Positions 32,483 to 44,318 of a DNA stretch of 64,000 nt are shown one piece after another. Made by a program: the position numbers and the translations under genes. This stretch comes from an uncultured cyanobacterium (GTDB taxonomy: Bacteria > Cyanobacteriota > Cyanobacteriia > Cyanobacteriales > Cyanobacteriaceae): NCBI GenBank assembly GCA_963710605.1, contig CAVQBA010000005.1, positions 128,001 to 192,000 on the forward strand, in the 5' to 3' direction. The notes under the pieces are model-generated. The model was not told where the DNA came from. It saw nothing but the letters and a program-made list of their open reading frames with translations, and made no database searches. How positions within the stretch are numbered: position 1 is the first letter of the stretch; the number at the start of each line of letters is the position of its first letter.

Positions 32483-34654
32483 TCATTTATTAATTTCTAA
32501 TTGATTAGTTTCTAATTGATAATAATAATTATGGGATTCTTTGGGTGAAACCTTTCCATTAATAACCATTCCTAAAACTTTTTGTTCTGATTGTTGTAAT
32601 ATATATTTAGCAAGATTAGCATTTTCATAATCAAGTAATTCAGTTCTTGCTACTAACAAAACTCCATCAGCGATCGATGCTATATTAACAGCATCTACAA
32701 ATAAGTTCAAAGGAGGAGTATCAACAAGAATGTAGTCATAATCGTGAGAAATATCTTTTAGAAAAGTCTTTATTTGCAAATGACGAGCTTTCATTTTATT
32801 ATTCTCATCGATCGATCCTGGTCTGAATAAATCAAGTTCTTTTTCTACTTCTACTATTGCTTTTCGAGGATCTATCTTATTCTCTGTAGTATCATCTAAA
32901 GTCATATTTTCTTCAACATCCCAAATTTTATACTGAGAAGCATGCCGAAAATTCCAATCAACAATTAGTACCTTAAGCCCTAATTGATTTATTGCCATCG
33001 CTAAATTAGCTACTACTGTGGATGTACCTTCTCTAGGAACGGAGCTAGTCACTACAATAAACTTGTTCTGAGAATCTGAATGTTTTAGTTTTAAATTAGT
33101 AAAAAGAACTTGGTAGGATTGACTAATAAAAGAGTTTGGATTTTCTCTAACAACAATTTGAGGAGTCGGTTGTTTCAAAGTAAAATGGGTATAAGATTTA
33201 TTGACAAATGGAATCAATCCTAATATAGGATATCCAAATAAATTTTTGGCTTGTTCTGCGGTTTTAATTGATTTGTCAATGGCTTCCAAGGCAATTATGG
33301 TTAAAAAACCAGAAACTATAGCGAACAAAAAACTCCTAGTTATATACTGATTTCTATTAGGAGAGAAGGGTCGCTCTGGAACTAAAGCTTTGGACATCAA
33401 ACTAACATTTACCAGATTCTGGTTCTCTTCTATTCTAATTTCTTCAAGTTTTTGTAAAAGCGAAGTATAACTTGACTGAGCAATTTGTAATCGACTTTCT
33501 AATTCCCTTTCTTTTTGTTTTAACTGAGGAATAATTGTTAACTTTGTCTCATTGTCAACTTTTTTCTGAGATAAAGCCTTTATTTGACTTAACAAACCCA
33601 AACGTTTGATTTCTAATTGAACCAACTGTGAGGTAAGATCTTGTTGCAGTTGTCCGAATTGTTGAGAATTTTTAGATTGTGACTGTCCTGATGAAGGTAC
33701 ACCAATTGCGGCTAATCTTTCGTTTAATAATTCTTGTAATGCTTGTCGCTTATTTTTTAAATCTATAATTACAGGATTTTCTTCTGTAAAAATTGTTCGG
33801 TTTACTTTTAGTTGTGCTTCTGTTTGTTGAAGTTCTCCGAGTACTCCTTGAATACCTGGGTTTTGAGTAATAATTGTTGCTGTTACAGATTCTTTCACAT
33901 ACATTTCCAATTGTTTTTCAATTGCTTGTATCTGAGTATTAGTTTCTGCTAGAGCTATTTGGGCTTGACTAATCTGTTGCTGTTGTTGACTCAAAGCTGA
34001 TAATTTTGAAGTTGTTTCTGCGGTTAAATCAACAATCTGATTATCATTTTTAAAACGACGTAAATTTTCTTCGGCTTTGATGAGGTTTGCCTCTAGTTCG
34101 GGTAACTGATTTTCAATAAATTCTTTTCCTGTTGATGTTTGAGAACGCGTAAGTTCTTGATTTTTTTCTAGGTAAATTTCAACTAAATTATTAACTGCTG
34201 AGGCTACTTTTTGTGGGTCAGTACCAACATAACTTACTTCTAAGATATCAGTACCTGCTAAAGCTTGGATTGAAAAATTTCTGCGGAATCGCTCGTATTC
34301 ATTATTGGTTAACTCAGTATTGTTACCCGATCGTAATTGATTTTGCTTAACCACTTCTTCAATTATAGGAACAGCAAGCATCTTTTCGGATTCAGTTGTT
34401 AAAGGACTTCCAACTAGGTTATCTACTTGTCCTATTTCTTCACCTACTCCCGTAATTGAGGCGGTGGGGTCTTGTTGTTTAACTAAAAGCTTAGCATTAG
34501 CTCTATACAAAGGAGTTTCTAAAAACAAACTTAAGCCAGATAGCACAAAAACAACGATAGAAATACCACTAGCTGGTAACCAATGACGTTTTAAAATAAC
34601 TAAGTATTTGCTGATATCAAAATATTGTGATTCTTCGTTAAAATTTTCTATCAT
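32483..34654 (-). CDS. wzc: Wzc/GumC-like polysaccharide co-polymerase with degenerate kinase motifs
   Basis: Two TMs around a coiled coil; VTSSVPREGTST, VDWNFR, LVDTPP, C-terminal NYYY. Confidence 0.88.
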   Translation of the reverse strand: MIENFNEESQYFDISKYLVILKRHWLPASGISIVVFVLSGLSLFLETPLYRANAKLLVKQQDPTASITGVGEEIGQVDNLVGSPLTTESEKMLAVPIIEEVVKQNQLRSGNNTELTNNEYERFRRNFSIQALAGTDILEVSYVGTDPQKVASAVNNLVEIYLEKNQELTRSQTSTGKEFIENQLPELEANLIKAEENLRRFKNDNQIVDLTAETTSKLSALSQQQQQISQAQIALAETNTQIQAIEKQLEMYVKESVTATIITQNPGIQGVLGELQQTEAQLKVNRTIFTEENPVIIDLKNKRQALQELLNERLAAIGVPSSGQSQSKNSQQFGQLQQDLTSQLVQLEIKRLGLLSQIKALSQKKVDNETKLTIIPQLKQKERELESRLQIAQSSYTSLLQKLEEIRIEENQNLVNVSLMSKALVPERPFSPNRNQYITRSFLFAIVSGFLTIIALEAIDKSIKTAEQAKNLFGYPILGLIPFVNKSYTHFTLKQPTPQIVVRENPNSFISQSYQVLFTNLKLKHSDSQNKFIVVTSSVPREGTSTVVANLAMAINQLGLKVLIVDWNFRHASQYKIWDVEENMTLDDTTENKIDPRKAIVEVEKELDLFRPGSIDENNKMKARHLQIKTFLKDISHDYDYILVDTPPLNLFVDAVNIASIADGVLLVARTELLDYENANLAKYILQQSEQKVLGMVINGKVSPKESHNYYYQLETNQLEINK

Positions 34655-34744
34655 GGTTTGCGATATTACTTACAAATATTTTTAATTATTAGGAAAATAG
34701 TAAGCTTTTAACTAGTTCAACGCTTACCAGATAAAATACAAATA

Positions 34745-35734
34745 TTAATTTTCATAATTTTTTGTGAGATAAATTTCACCTAAGACTATCATTATTATAA
34801 CTATGAGTAGGCTAATCCATGCTCCTAAATTATTATTACCTAAATAATAAGTAATAATAACAATTAATAAATTAACTAAAATATAGATGTTGGTTATTTG
34901 AGCGTAAGTTAAATTTGATTTTCCTAGTCTCTGATATAAATGTTCTCTGTGTGCTTGAAATAAATTTTTTCCATTTAAAAAACGGCGTACTAAAGTATAA
35001 ATTGCATCACCAACTAAAGGTAAAATAATCACTAAGGCTGACCATGCTTTATTTGGTTCACCATCATGATTCAATAAAGCGATCGTAATTATTGCTCCAA
35101 GAAATGTACTACCAACATCTCCCATAAAAATTTTGGCTGGAGACCAATTCCAATACAAAAACCCGATTAAAGCCGCGACTAGTAACCAGAGTAAAGGTTG
35201 ATTAAAATAAATTGCTAAAAAGCATAGTTGTATTACACTACATCCAGCTACCAGACCATCTATACCATCCATAAAGTTATAGAAATTAATCATCGCAGTT
35301 ATGCCAATTATGGTTAAAGCGATCGCAATTATGTGTCCTGCTAATCCTAATTGCATTAACCAAGGTTGGGGAAAAGCTCCGAAATAGGCAACAATAATAC
35401 AAGCACAACTAAATTGAGATAGATAACGAGTTAATGCTGGCATACCTTGAAGATCGTCTAATATCCCCACTACAATCAAGGGAATTAAAGCGATCCAAAA
35501 AAATAAAGATGGAATAATCGACTCGATAAAGCAAAAACCGATCGTGCTAGTAATAGCGAAGGTAATGATAAATCCTAAGCCGCCTCCACGAGGAATGGGT
35601 TGGCTATGAGAGCTTCTTTCATTGGGAATATCTAACAGTGTTTGACTGAAGTATTTTTTAATCGCAAATGTGAGCCAAATACTAATTAAAAAACTACTTA
35701 TTGCTAAAACTAGTAACCGTGTTGTTAATGTCAT
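34745..35734 (-). CDS. MraY/WecA-family (WbpL-like) polyprenyl-phosphate HexNAc-1-P transferase
   Basis: PNERSSH..PRGGG, NFYNFMDGIDG, KIFMGDVGS, AHREHLYQ. Confidence 0.92.
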   Translation of the reverse strand: MTLTTRLLVLAISSFLISIWLTFAIKKYFSQTLLDIPNERSSHSQPIPRGGGLGFIITFAITSTIGFCFIESIIPSLFFWIALIPLIVVGILDDLQGMPALTRYLSQFSCACIIVAYFGAFPQPWLMQLGLAGHIIAIALTIIGITAMINFYNFMDGIDGLVAGCSVIQLCFLAIYFNQPLLWLLVAALIGFLYWNWSPAKIFMGDVGSTFLGAIITIALLNHDGEPNKAWSALVIILPLVGDAIYTLVRRFLNGKNLFQAHREHLYQRLGKSNLTYAQITNIYILVNLLIVIITYYLGNNNLGAWISLLIVIIMIVLGEIYLTKNYEN

Positions 35735-35820
35735 ATCGATCGATAAACATACAATTATGAACTTTTAAAAAATATATTTAAACTAAAATTACTGTCAACC
35801 AGATTGGATTTTTTTATAAT

Positions 35821-36732
35821 TTAAAAAGTGGGAGATATTATTTTTTCTTGTTTGAGGATTTCAATTTCTTGATCAACTCCAGTTTCCAAACTACGGGGAT
35901 AAAAATCTAAATCTGTTTGAGCACTATCATGAGGATAAGCTTTATCTTCTCGTAATCTAAGAATTTGTTCCTTTCTTACAGGCGATCGTTTTCCTAGTAT
36001 TGTTTCTAAAATAGTAGCAGAGTAAACTCCCAATCTTAAGGGAATTTTTAATTTATAAATCGGTTTTTCGAGAATCTTTTCAACTATTTCTAATAATTCC
36101 AAAAAATTAACAACACTTTCACCTGAAATATTATAACAACCATTGATATTTAGCTTTTGTAGGCAAGTGAGAATAACCTGAGCTAGATCTTCAGCGTGAA
36201 CGGGTTGTAGTAAACTTTTTCCATCACCAAAGACAAAAAAGAAACCATATTTATCACAAAACTTAATTAATTTGTGTAAATTTTTATCTCGATGAGAACC
36301 GTAAATCATGGTCGGTCTTAATAAGCAATATTCTCCTCCATAATTAGATAACTGTGATTCGATACTTTTATAAATAGAAGAGTATTGATTATATTGAGAA
36401 TAAACACCAGTTGTCCCGATAACAATTAATCGAGGATTTTGTTTGACTTTTGCTAAGCTTTGGAGAATTTCAGGAATATGACGAATAGAAGCAATATGAA
36501 TGATAGTTTGTGGAGTATAGTTTTCTAGTATGTTGTTCCAAGTATTACTGGTTGAACTATCACCGATAATATAATTGAGGTTAAGATTCAGATTATCTAT
36601 TTGCGAACAATTACTCGTAGGTTGAATCAAACAGTAAATTTTTTTTTGCGGTGCTATCTTTGCTAACTGTTCTAAAAAGAAAACTCCTTGTAGTCCAGTT
36701 GCTCCCGTCATCAAAATCTCAATTGGTTTCAT
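35821..36732 (-). CDS. NAD-dependent epimerase/dehydratase (atypical SDR)
   Basis: TGATGLQG, LRPTMIYG, QPVHAEDLA. Confidence 0.85.
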   Translation of the reverse strand: MKPIEILMTGATGLQGVFFLEQLAKIAPQKKIYCLIQPTSNCSQIDNLNLNLNYIIGDSSTSNTWNNILENYTPQTIIHIASIRHIPEILQSLAKVKQNPRLIVIGTTGVYSQYNQYSSIYKSIESQLSNYGGEYCLLRPTMIYGSHRDKNLHKLIKFCDKYGFFFVFGDGKSLLQPVHAEDLAQVILTCLQKLNINGCYNISGESVVNFLELLEIVEKILEKPIYKLKIPLRLGVYSATILETILGKRSPVRKEQILRLREDKAYPHDSAQTDLDFYPRSLETGVDQEIEILKQEKIISPTF

Positions 36733-37837
36733 GATATATTTTCCTTTTAGCTAAAATCTTTTGATACAAGTTAAAAGTTTTTGCAAACATTTGATCAAAA
36801 GTAAATTCTTCTTCATACCTTGTTCTTGCTTGTTCGCCCATTTTTTGACGTAGTTGATCATTGGCAACCAATTCACAAAGTTGTTTTCGTAAAGTGACGA
36901 TGTCACCTTGAGGAACACAATATCCTGTAATCCCCTCCAAAATTGCCTCAGAAGCACCACCAACATCGGAGACAATTACGGGCAATCCTGCTCTCATTGC
37001 TTCAATAGTAGTACGAGGAAAACCTTCCCAATTAGAAATTAAAACAAAGATTTGAGCTTCTGATAATATTTCAGCTACATTAAAACAATGACCCCTGAAG
37101 CGAACTCGCTCGGATAAACCTAAATCTTGAACTAAATTTTTAATTGATTCTATGTTAGAGCCTTCACCGACTAAATCTAATTGTACCCCCTCAATATTTT
37201 GTAATGCTTTAATCAAAGTTAGATGATCTTTTTGCTGTTCAAAACGAGCAATCATAACTATTTTTACTGGGTCATTTTTGCTTGGATTAGCTTTCAACTG
37301 TTCTGAGATATTGGGCATTCCGTTATGAATAGTTAACAATCGATCCTCAGACATACCTATTTTTAAACCAATTTGACGATCGTGATTAGAAACACATACG
37401 ATTTGCGTTGCTAAATTTTCAGTTAATTTTTCTATATTTTGGTAAATAATACGTTGAGGTTGTGGTACACCTTCAGTAAAAGCCCAACCATGAGCTGTAA
37501 AAATACATGGAGTACCTGTTAATTTAGCGGCTAATCTTCCCAAAATACCTGCCTTACTAGAATGGGTACTAATTAGATCTGGTTGAAAGTTTTTAATTGT
37601 ATTAGTTATAAAATTAAAAGTTTGCCAATCTTTGATCGGATTAAGATTCCTGATGAAAGTAGAACAGCATAAGTGCTTAACCTTATTCTGAGCCAAATTT
37701 TCTGTGTAAGGACCACCAGAGCCTGTCAATATTAATACTTGGTGATGATTTTTTTGGAGATGAATTGCTAAATCTCTAACATGAACTTGTGCTCCACCAA
37801 TAGTATCTGCTCTTGTAATGATAAATAGTATTCTCAT
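36719..37837 (-). CDS. GT4 glycosyltransferase
   Basis: GGAQVHV, HSSKAG, ARFEQQKDH, EGFPRTTIEAM. Confidence 0.92.
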   Translation of the reverse strand: MRILFIITRADTIGGAQVHVRDLAIHLQKNHHQVLILTGSGGPYTENLAQNKVKHLCCSTFIRNLNPIKDWQTFNFITNTIKNFQPDLISTHSSKAGILGRLAAKLTGTPCIFTAHGWAFTEGVPQPQRIIYQNIEKLTENLATQIVCVSNHDRQIGLKIGMSEDRLLTIHNGMPNISEQLKANPSKNDPVKIVMIARFEQQKDHLTLIKALQNIEGVQLDLVGEGSNIESIKNLVQDLGLSERVRFRGHCFNVAEILSEAQIFVLISNWEGFPRTTIEAMRAGLPVIVSDVGGASEAILEGITGYCVPQGDIVTLRKQLCELVANDQLRQKMGEQARTRYEEEFTFDQMFAKTFNLYQKILAKRKIYHETN

Positions 37838-38041
37838 TGATGATAGTAAAATGAATAAATTTTTGAACAGGAAAAACGTTTACAAGTACAAATTTTAAGA
37901 GAATAATGTTAAATAGTATCGACTATTGTATCTGTTTTAGATTCAATTGTAGTATAAAAACAAGAATCTTAAATTATCTATTCTGCTGCTTTTATTCATT
38001 TATCAAACTTAATTACTAAACTTTACTTTATTCGGTAGTTT

Positions 38042-38664
38042 TCACGAGTAATCTTTGAATTTGGTCATGGTAGCATGATTTGGATGAGAAATTCCTTCTC
38101 TTTGTAAAACTTTGACCACAGTTATTAGCAAAATCTTAAAATCCAACCAAAGACTCCAATTATCTATATACCAGACATCTAGTTTCAATTTTTTTCCCAA
38201 TTAAGAGCATTACGACCATTTACCTGAGCCCAACCAGTTATTCCAGGTAGAACATCGTGTCTGCGTGCTTGTTCTGGATTATATCAATCGAGGTATTCTA
38301 CTAACAAGGGGCGAGGACCAACTAAACTCATCTCACCTTTAATTACATTCCCAAGTTGTGGAAGTTCATCTAAACTTGTTTTGCGTAGAAATTGACCTAA
38401 AGTAGTAAGACGTTGTTTGTCAGGAAGAAGATTTCCCGCTGAATCAGATTTACTATTCATACTACGGAACTTATAGAAGTTAAAAATTTGGCTCTGTTTA
38501 CCAGGACGAGGTTGAACAAACAAAACTGGGCTACCCATACGCAGTCTAATTACGATCGCAGTTACTAGCATGACAGGAAAGAAAAGTATCAAAATAATCA
38601 AGGATACTAGTCTATCTGCGACTATCTTGATTATTTTTGCTAAGGTATTTTTACTATTTTTCAT
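38042..38664 (-). pseudogene. PglC/WcaJ-type phosphoglycosyl transferase with in-frame TGA (38284) and -1 frameshift in an A7 run (~38190); possibly artefactual
   Basis: [48 protein letters not shown] / LDVWYIDNWSLWLDFKIL. Confidence 0.88.
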
Positions 38665-38740
38665 CTCTTTAAAATCAATTATTATTAATAGATAAAGTTA
38701 GTTTATTTTTCTACAATGGTATCAAAAATAAGTTAAATAT

Positions 38741-39604
38741 ATGTATCAAGAAAATTTAGATAAAACTACTGTTATCTCAATAAGTGAAGAGGAATTTGCT
38801 CAATATCATCATCATCATAAGATAAAAATAATTAAACATAACGATCGCTATTGGGAAGAAACATTTATAGGCTTCTATCAACCAATACATTGGATGAGTC
38901 GCTTAACTCCAAAACAAGCAACCTGTCCGACACAACGATGGTACTGGGGATTTCGATGTGCTTTAGAGGAGAAATACAGTAACATTGCTAATGGTTCTCT
39001 TCCAGTTCACTTATTAACAAATATTAAAAATTACGACGGACAAAACCTTTCATCTAACCGTAGAAATCACTTAAGAAGATGTCATCGTCGAGCAAAAATT
39101 GTCGAACTAAAAGGAACAAAATTATTAATCGAGCAAGGATATGATGTCTATCATTCTGCGATTGTCAGAACTAATTATCAGAAGCCTCTTTCTCAACAAA
39201 AATATCGAAAACAGCTCACAGCTAAACAGAACAACACCGAAAAATGCAAGTGGTTAGTCTTAGCAGGTTTGATAGGTGATAAGTTAGGTGGTTATCTGAG
39301 TGGCTATGCGGTCAATGGTACGGCTTATATTCCTGAAGTTTATATTGCGACTGAAGCTTTATCGACTTATATGGGTACGGGGTTAGTTTTTGAGTTTATT
39401 CAAGCTTGTCGTCGTTCAGGACAAATTCATGAGATTGTTTATGGTTTGCACTCTAGAGAAGATAAAGCTTTATGTACTTTCAAAAAAGGAATGAAGTTTG
39501 AAGTCAAAAATATTCCTGCTAAAGTGAAAATGAATCTGGTGCTAAAAACACTGATACGCTTGAGATACCCACATAAATATTATCGATTAACTGGTCAAAA
39601 GTGA
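38741..39604 (+). CDS. GNAT/FemAB-like fold protein
   Basis: LSSNRRNHLRR helix and L..FK..M.F C-terminal motif typical of FemAB/Acetyltransf_6 proteins. Confidence 0.55.
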   Translation: MYQENLDKTTVISISEEEFAQYHHHHKIKIIKHNDRYWEETFIGFYQPIHWMSRLTPKQATCPTQRWYWGFRCALEEKYSNIANGSLPVHLLTNIKNYDGQNLSSNRRNHLRRCHRRAKIVELKGTKLLIEQGYDVYHSAIVRTNYQKPLSQQKYRKQLTAKQNNTEKCKWLVLAGLIGDKLGGYLSGYAVNGTAYIPEVYIATEALSTYMGTGLVFEFIQACRRSGQIHEIVYGLHSREDKALCTFKKGMKFEVKNIPAKVKMNLVLKTLIRLRYPHKYYRLTGQK

Positions 39605-39608
39605 GTAT

Positions 39609-40692
39609 ATGAATTGTAAAATCATTAGTGTTAACGATCCTTTATGGATATATTTATTAAAAACTATTCCTCATGATATTTATCACTTACCCCATTATGT
39701 CTGGTTAGAAGCACAGAGAATTAAAGCTATTCCTAAAGCTATCGTCATTTTAGAACAAGAGAAAATTTTCTTTTTACCTTATTTACAGCGTAAAATTGAG
39801 CAATTATCGGCAGAAAAATCAAACAGTCTTGAATTATTTGATGTTATTTCACCTTATGGCTATCCGGGAATATTATTAAATGAGCCAGCAAGTAAATGTT
39901 CTCAGTTTTTAAACTTAGCTATCGATAAACTAATTAATGAGTTATCTCAAAAGAATATTTGTTCGGCATTTTTGCGTTTGCATCCACTTCTTAATTGTAA
40001 TTATCACAAAATTTTTTCTCCTCAAATTTGTCACTTGGGTGGAGAGACTGTATCGATCGATCTTACTTTAGAAAAAGAGCAGATTCTTACTCAAACTAGA
40101 TCTAGGTTTCGCACTCAGATTAATAAATCTATTCACGACGGATTTGAAGCAAAAATGGTGAGTTTTCGAAATTATTTAGATGAGTTTAAAGAAATTTATC
40201 ACCAAACCATGACACGTCTTCAGGCTAATGAACTTTACTTTTTCGATTGTATCTACTTCGTTAATCTTCTCAATTTAGACGAAAATATTCATTTGTGTAT
40301 TGTTAAATTAAAAGACGAAGTGATCTTGTGCAGGATTATTCACTGAATGTTGTGGAATAGTTCAATATCATCTTGGAGGAACAAAAGATAAGTTTGTTAA
40401 ACAATCTCCTAGCAAGCTAATGCTTCATTATGTTCGCTTTTGGGCGAAAGAACGTGGCAATAAAGTATTACATTTGGGTGGTGGATTAGGTGGTAGATCT
40501 CAAGACAGCTTGTATCATTTCAAATCTGGCTTCTCGAAGCAGACAAATAATTATTCGACTTTTAGGCTCATTGTCAATCAAGAAAAATACGATCGTCTGC
40601 TTAATTCAACTGCCAAATATTTAAATCTTGAACCAAAAATAATTATTGAATCTGGTTTTTTTCCTAGCTATCGTTATCAAATCGACCCTTAA
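39609..40692 (+). CDS. FemAB-like GNAT protein (apparent +1 frameshift near 40326)
   Basis: HDIYHLP, SPYGYPG, FLRLHP; shifted frame CAGLFTECCGIVQYHLGG..LHLGGG..SLYHFKSGF. Confidence 0.82.
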
Positions 40693-40765
40693 GGGAACAT
40701 ACGTACGTATAACATCAGAATAGAGGCTACATTAATAAGTTTTTAACAGGTCCGTCTAGTTTAGA

Positions 40766-41503
40766 TTAGGTATTTTGATTACGAGCATTTTTAGAAATAC
40801 TAATTAATAAAATTCCAGAAATTAATGCTCCTAAAATCCATTTAATCGAGTTTTCTAACAAAGTAAAACGTAAATTAGAAAGTGTCTCCCTTCCTCTAGC
40901 CCGTATATTTGTTTCTTCAACATCAATTGATAACAAAAGCTCTTTTTTAATCTCTTCTACCTGTTGGGTATTTTTAATTTCTGGAGCTTGGCTGTTTTGA
41001 TTGAGACGACTCAGAAGTTCTTGCATTTGTTGTGTATTGGTTACTTGTCCTACTTGGGAAGAAGCATTTTTTACCACTTCTATTTGTTCATTTACTTGAG
41101 CCGAAATATTTTTCTGATTTTGCTTGTCAATACGTATCGTATTGAAAATCCCCAAAGGAATAAAAAGAAGTAGTACCAAACCATAAATAAAAGCTATCCA
41201 AGCCAAAAACTTGACTATAGGAAGTTCCCATTTAGCTCTGGCTTGTTGACCACAGAAAAATACTAAGGCAAATCCTAGTACAGGAACAATAACCTTCTCA
41301 ACCATTTGCCCTAAAAGTTGTAATTCCCAAGTAGGGTTAAAAAATTGGGGAGGATACAATATCGTTACAAAATCTAATAAGGTTAATATTAAAAAAAAAT
41401 AACCAATTCTTCGCAAAATATTTGCTGATTTTAACAAGCTAGAATTACTTTGGTTTAAATTTTCTACTGAGTCAATTAATTTGTGCTGATCTGATGTAGG
41501 CAT
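40766..41503 (-). CDS. HpsJ-family membrane protein (cyanoexosortase-associated type)
   Basis: IGY..L..LD..LYPPQFFNPTWELQ..GQMVE..VP.LG, LLENSIKW..GALISG. Confidence 0.75.
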   Translation of the reverse strand: MPTSDQHKLIDSVENLNQSNSSLLKSANILRRIGYFFLILTLLDFVTILYPPQFFNPTWELQLLGQMVEKVIVPVLGFALVFFCGQQARAKWELPIVKFLAWIAFIYGLVLLLFIPLGIFNTIRIDKQNQKNISAQVNEQIEVVKNASSQVGQVTNTQQMQELLSRLNQNSQAPEIKNTQQVEEIKKELLLSIDVEETNIRARGRETLSNLRFTLLENSIKWILGALISGILLISISKNARNQNT

Positions 41504-41864
41504 AGTTACAATATATTTTTAACGGATATTTTGAATGACCTATCGGGTTTAGCTAAATTGGTAGAATTTTAATTTTCGTAAAGACAAAACAAAAACAGAA
41601 AGTATTCAGTTGATATTATCCTACCAATTAGGTGATTATAGGCAATCGTCACAGAAGGTATTTTTGCTCTACTGATTAAAACATTTTCAGAAATCGGCAG
41701 ACAAAAACCGATCAAATTTTTGGCATAACCTAGTTTTTTCTAATATTACAAAATAAATTTTTATTACTAACTATTGTTGAAAATTTATCTTGATATCAAG
41801 AATTAAAAGTTAATGGTACTAGAATTAGCTGGAAAACTGCTTGAAATGTTTCAAAATTTTAATA

Positions 41865-41897
41865 AAATATCTAAAAATATTAGTTTTTTAGATATTT
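41865..41897. promoter_or_regulatory. perfect 13-bp inverted repeat in a divergent promoter region
   Basis: AAATATCTAAAAA-N7-TTTTTAGATATTT. Confidence 0.4.
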
Positions 41898-42219
41898 AAA
41901 TATTGATTTTTTTAAATTAATTCAATTTATTAAGTATTCTCTAAGGTTTAGTTGACAAAAAATAATTATTTAGTTAGGATCACCTAAGTAGGCTGTAACC
42001 TTTTGTGACAGCAATAGTACTACTTTTGTTGTCTTGTTAATATTACGTAGAAAGAACCAAAAAGCATTATTGCTATTTAGATTGAGATTGAATTCAATCT
42101 TCTTCGGCTAATACTTCAACTATAAAATTCAACATAAATTAAGTAAATATACGAGCGAAATAAGAAATATATCTACTCCCCCCTAAGACACTAACAGTTT
42201 ATATGGATAGCAAAATATT

Positions 42220-44233
42220 ATGAATTTAAACTTAAAAAGCACCAGCATAAGAAATCGTCATTTTTTCGCAATGGATATACTAATTAATTGTCTGACCACA
42301 TCAATTGCTTTATTTCTTAGATTAGATAGTATTTCTGTTCATCATATTTCTGGTTTAGTTGTAGCTACAATTCTATTTTTAATTATCAAACAGACTGTTT
42401 TTTATAAATTTGGCTTATATAAATGTTATTGGCGTTATGCAAGTATTGATGAAGCAGAACAAATAATAAAGATGGTTTTTGCTTCTACATTATTACAAAC
42501 TGTTTTATTCTACGGTTTATATTATTCGCCTTATGCCCCCATTCGCGAGCTACCAAGATCTTTGCCTATTCTTGATGGGATGGTGACACTTATTTTACTT
42601 AGCTTACTCCGGTTCAGCCTTCGTTGGTTCGATCGAAAAAGCAAGACTAAGAAAAGAGCGAACTCTCCACACAACGGTAGTCGAGTGTTAGTGGTTGGTG
42701 CGGGAAATGCAGGTATTGCGATCGTTAAGAGGATGCAAAGTATTCCCGAACAAGATTTGCTTCCGATCGCTTTTATTGATGACGATCCTGAAAAACTGGG
42801 CTTAAATATTCAAGGAATTCCTGTCTTGGGCAACCGTAATTTAATTTCCCAAATAGTTATTCGGGAAAAAATTAACAAAATTTTGATTGCTATGCCTTCG
42901 GTTTCAGGGGAAATAATTAGAAATATATTTGATATTTGTCACGATACAAAAGTAAAAACAATAACTTTACCTAGTCTTGACGAACTAATTGATCGCAACG
43001 TACACTTGACGAGTATTAGAGAAGTAAAGATTGAAGATCTCCTTAGAAGAAAAACTATCCAAACTAACTTAAAAAATGTCACACCATTTTTCAAGAAAAA
43101 AATAGTTCTTATTACTGGAGCGGGAGATATCTATTGGTAGTGAAATATCCCGTCAAATTCTCAAATCTATGCCAGACGAAATTATTCTTTTAGGTCATGG
43201 TGAAAACTCTATCTTTTATATCGAGCAAGAGTTAAGAAATATTCTTAATAAAAATCCTCATTTTCAGGCAGTTAAACCTCGTTTGATAACCTATATTGCT
43301 GACATTCGTTGCAGAACACGTTTAGAAAAAGCTTTCAAACAATTTCGCCCCGATATAGTTTTTCATGCGGCGGCTCACAAACATGTACCTTTAATGGAAT
43401 TAAATCCAGCAGAGGCAATTACTAATAATGTTAGGGGAACAAAAAATTTACTGGATATGGCAGTAAAATACGACGTAGAAAATCTGGTAATGATTTCTTC
43501 AGATAAAGCTGTTAACCCAACTAACATAATGGGTGCCGCTAAAAGAGCCGCAGAGATGCTTGTTTTAGATACTGCCAGAAAGCAAAATAAATCTTTTGTG
43601 GTGGTTCGTTTTGGTAATGTTTTAGGTAGTCGTGGTAGTGTCATACCTACTTTTAAATCACAAATTGCGGCGGGAGGACCGGTTACTGTAACTCATCCTG
43701 AGATAACTCGTTATTTTATTACTATTCCCGAAGCAGTTCAACTAACTTTACAAGCATTATTGATGAATAACATGGGTGAAATCTTTATGCTTAATATGGA
43801 AGAATCTGTAAAAATTCTCGATCTGGCTAAAGAAATGATTCGTCTGTCTGGTTATAAATCAGAAAAAAATATCAAGATCGAATTCACGGGGCTTAGACTT
43901 GGAGAAAAGTTATATGAAGAGATGTTTCATGAAGATGAGGATTACTTACCGACTGACTCGAATCAAATTTTTGTTTGCTCTAAAGCCAGACATTTAATTC
44001 ATCCAGATTTAGATCTCATTATCCCTGAACTTTTTGATGCGGCATTTATGAACAATACTCCATTAATTATTACCTTACTAAAAGAATTAATACCAGGATA
44101 TAGACCTAATATACCTAATCAGGAACAAGAGAAAGTTTCTACTTATTCACATGCGTTTAGTCGAAAAAACATATTGCCGAATATAGATATTTCTCAGATT
44201 TTTACCCACAGTAATATCAAAATCCAAAAATAA
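42220..44233 (+). CDS. CapD/PglF/WbpM UDP-GlcNAc 4,6-dehydratase (apparent +1 frameshift near 43127)
   Basis: TM N-terminus, VGAGNAG, IEDLLRR, ITGAG/(G)SIGSEI, HAAAHKHVP, SSDKAVNP, VRFGNVLGSRGSV. Confidence 0.92.
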
Positions 44234-44271
44234 GTATAGACCATCTGAAAAAAATGAATAATATTTACAGC

Positions 44272-44318
44272 TATAGCAACAAACAAGTCAGTTAGGACAC
44301 CTCGAATCGAGTCCCCCT
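44272..44318. repeat. half copy of the TATAGC repeat abutting truncated ydcF
   Basis: 24/28 identity to 13407-13434, ending in GTCCCCCT. Confidence 0.6.
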
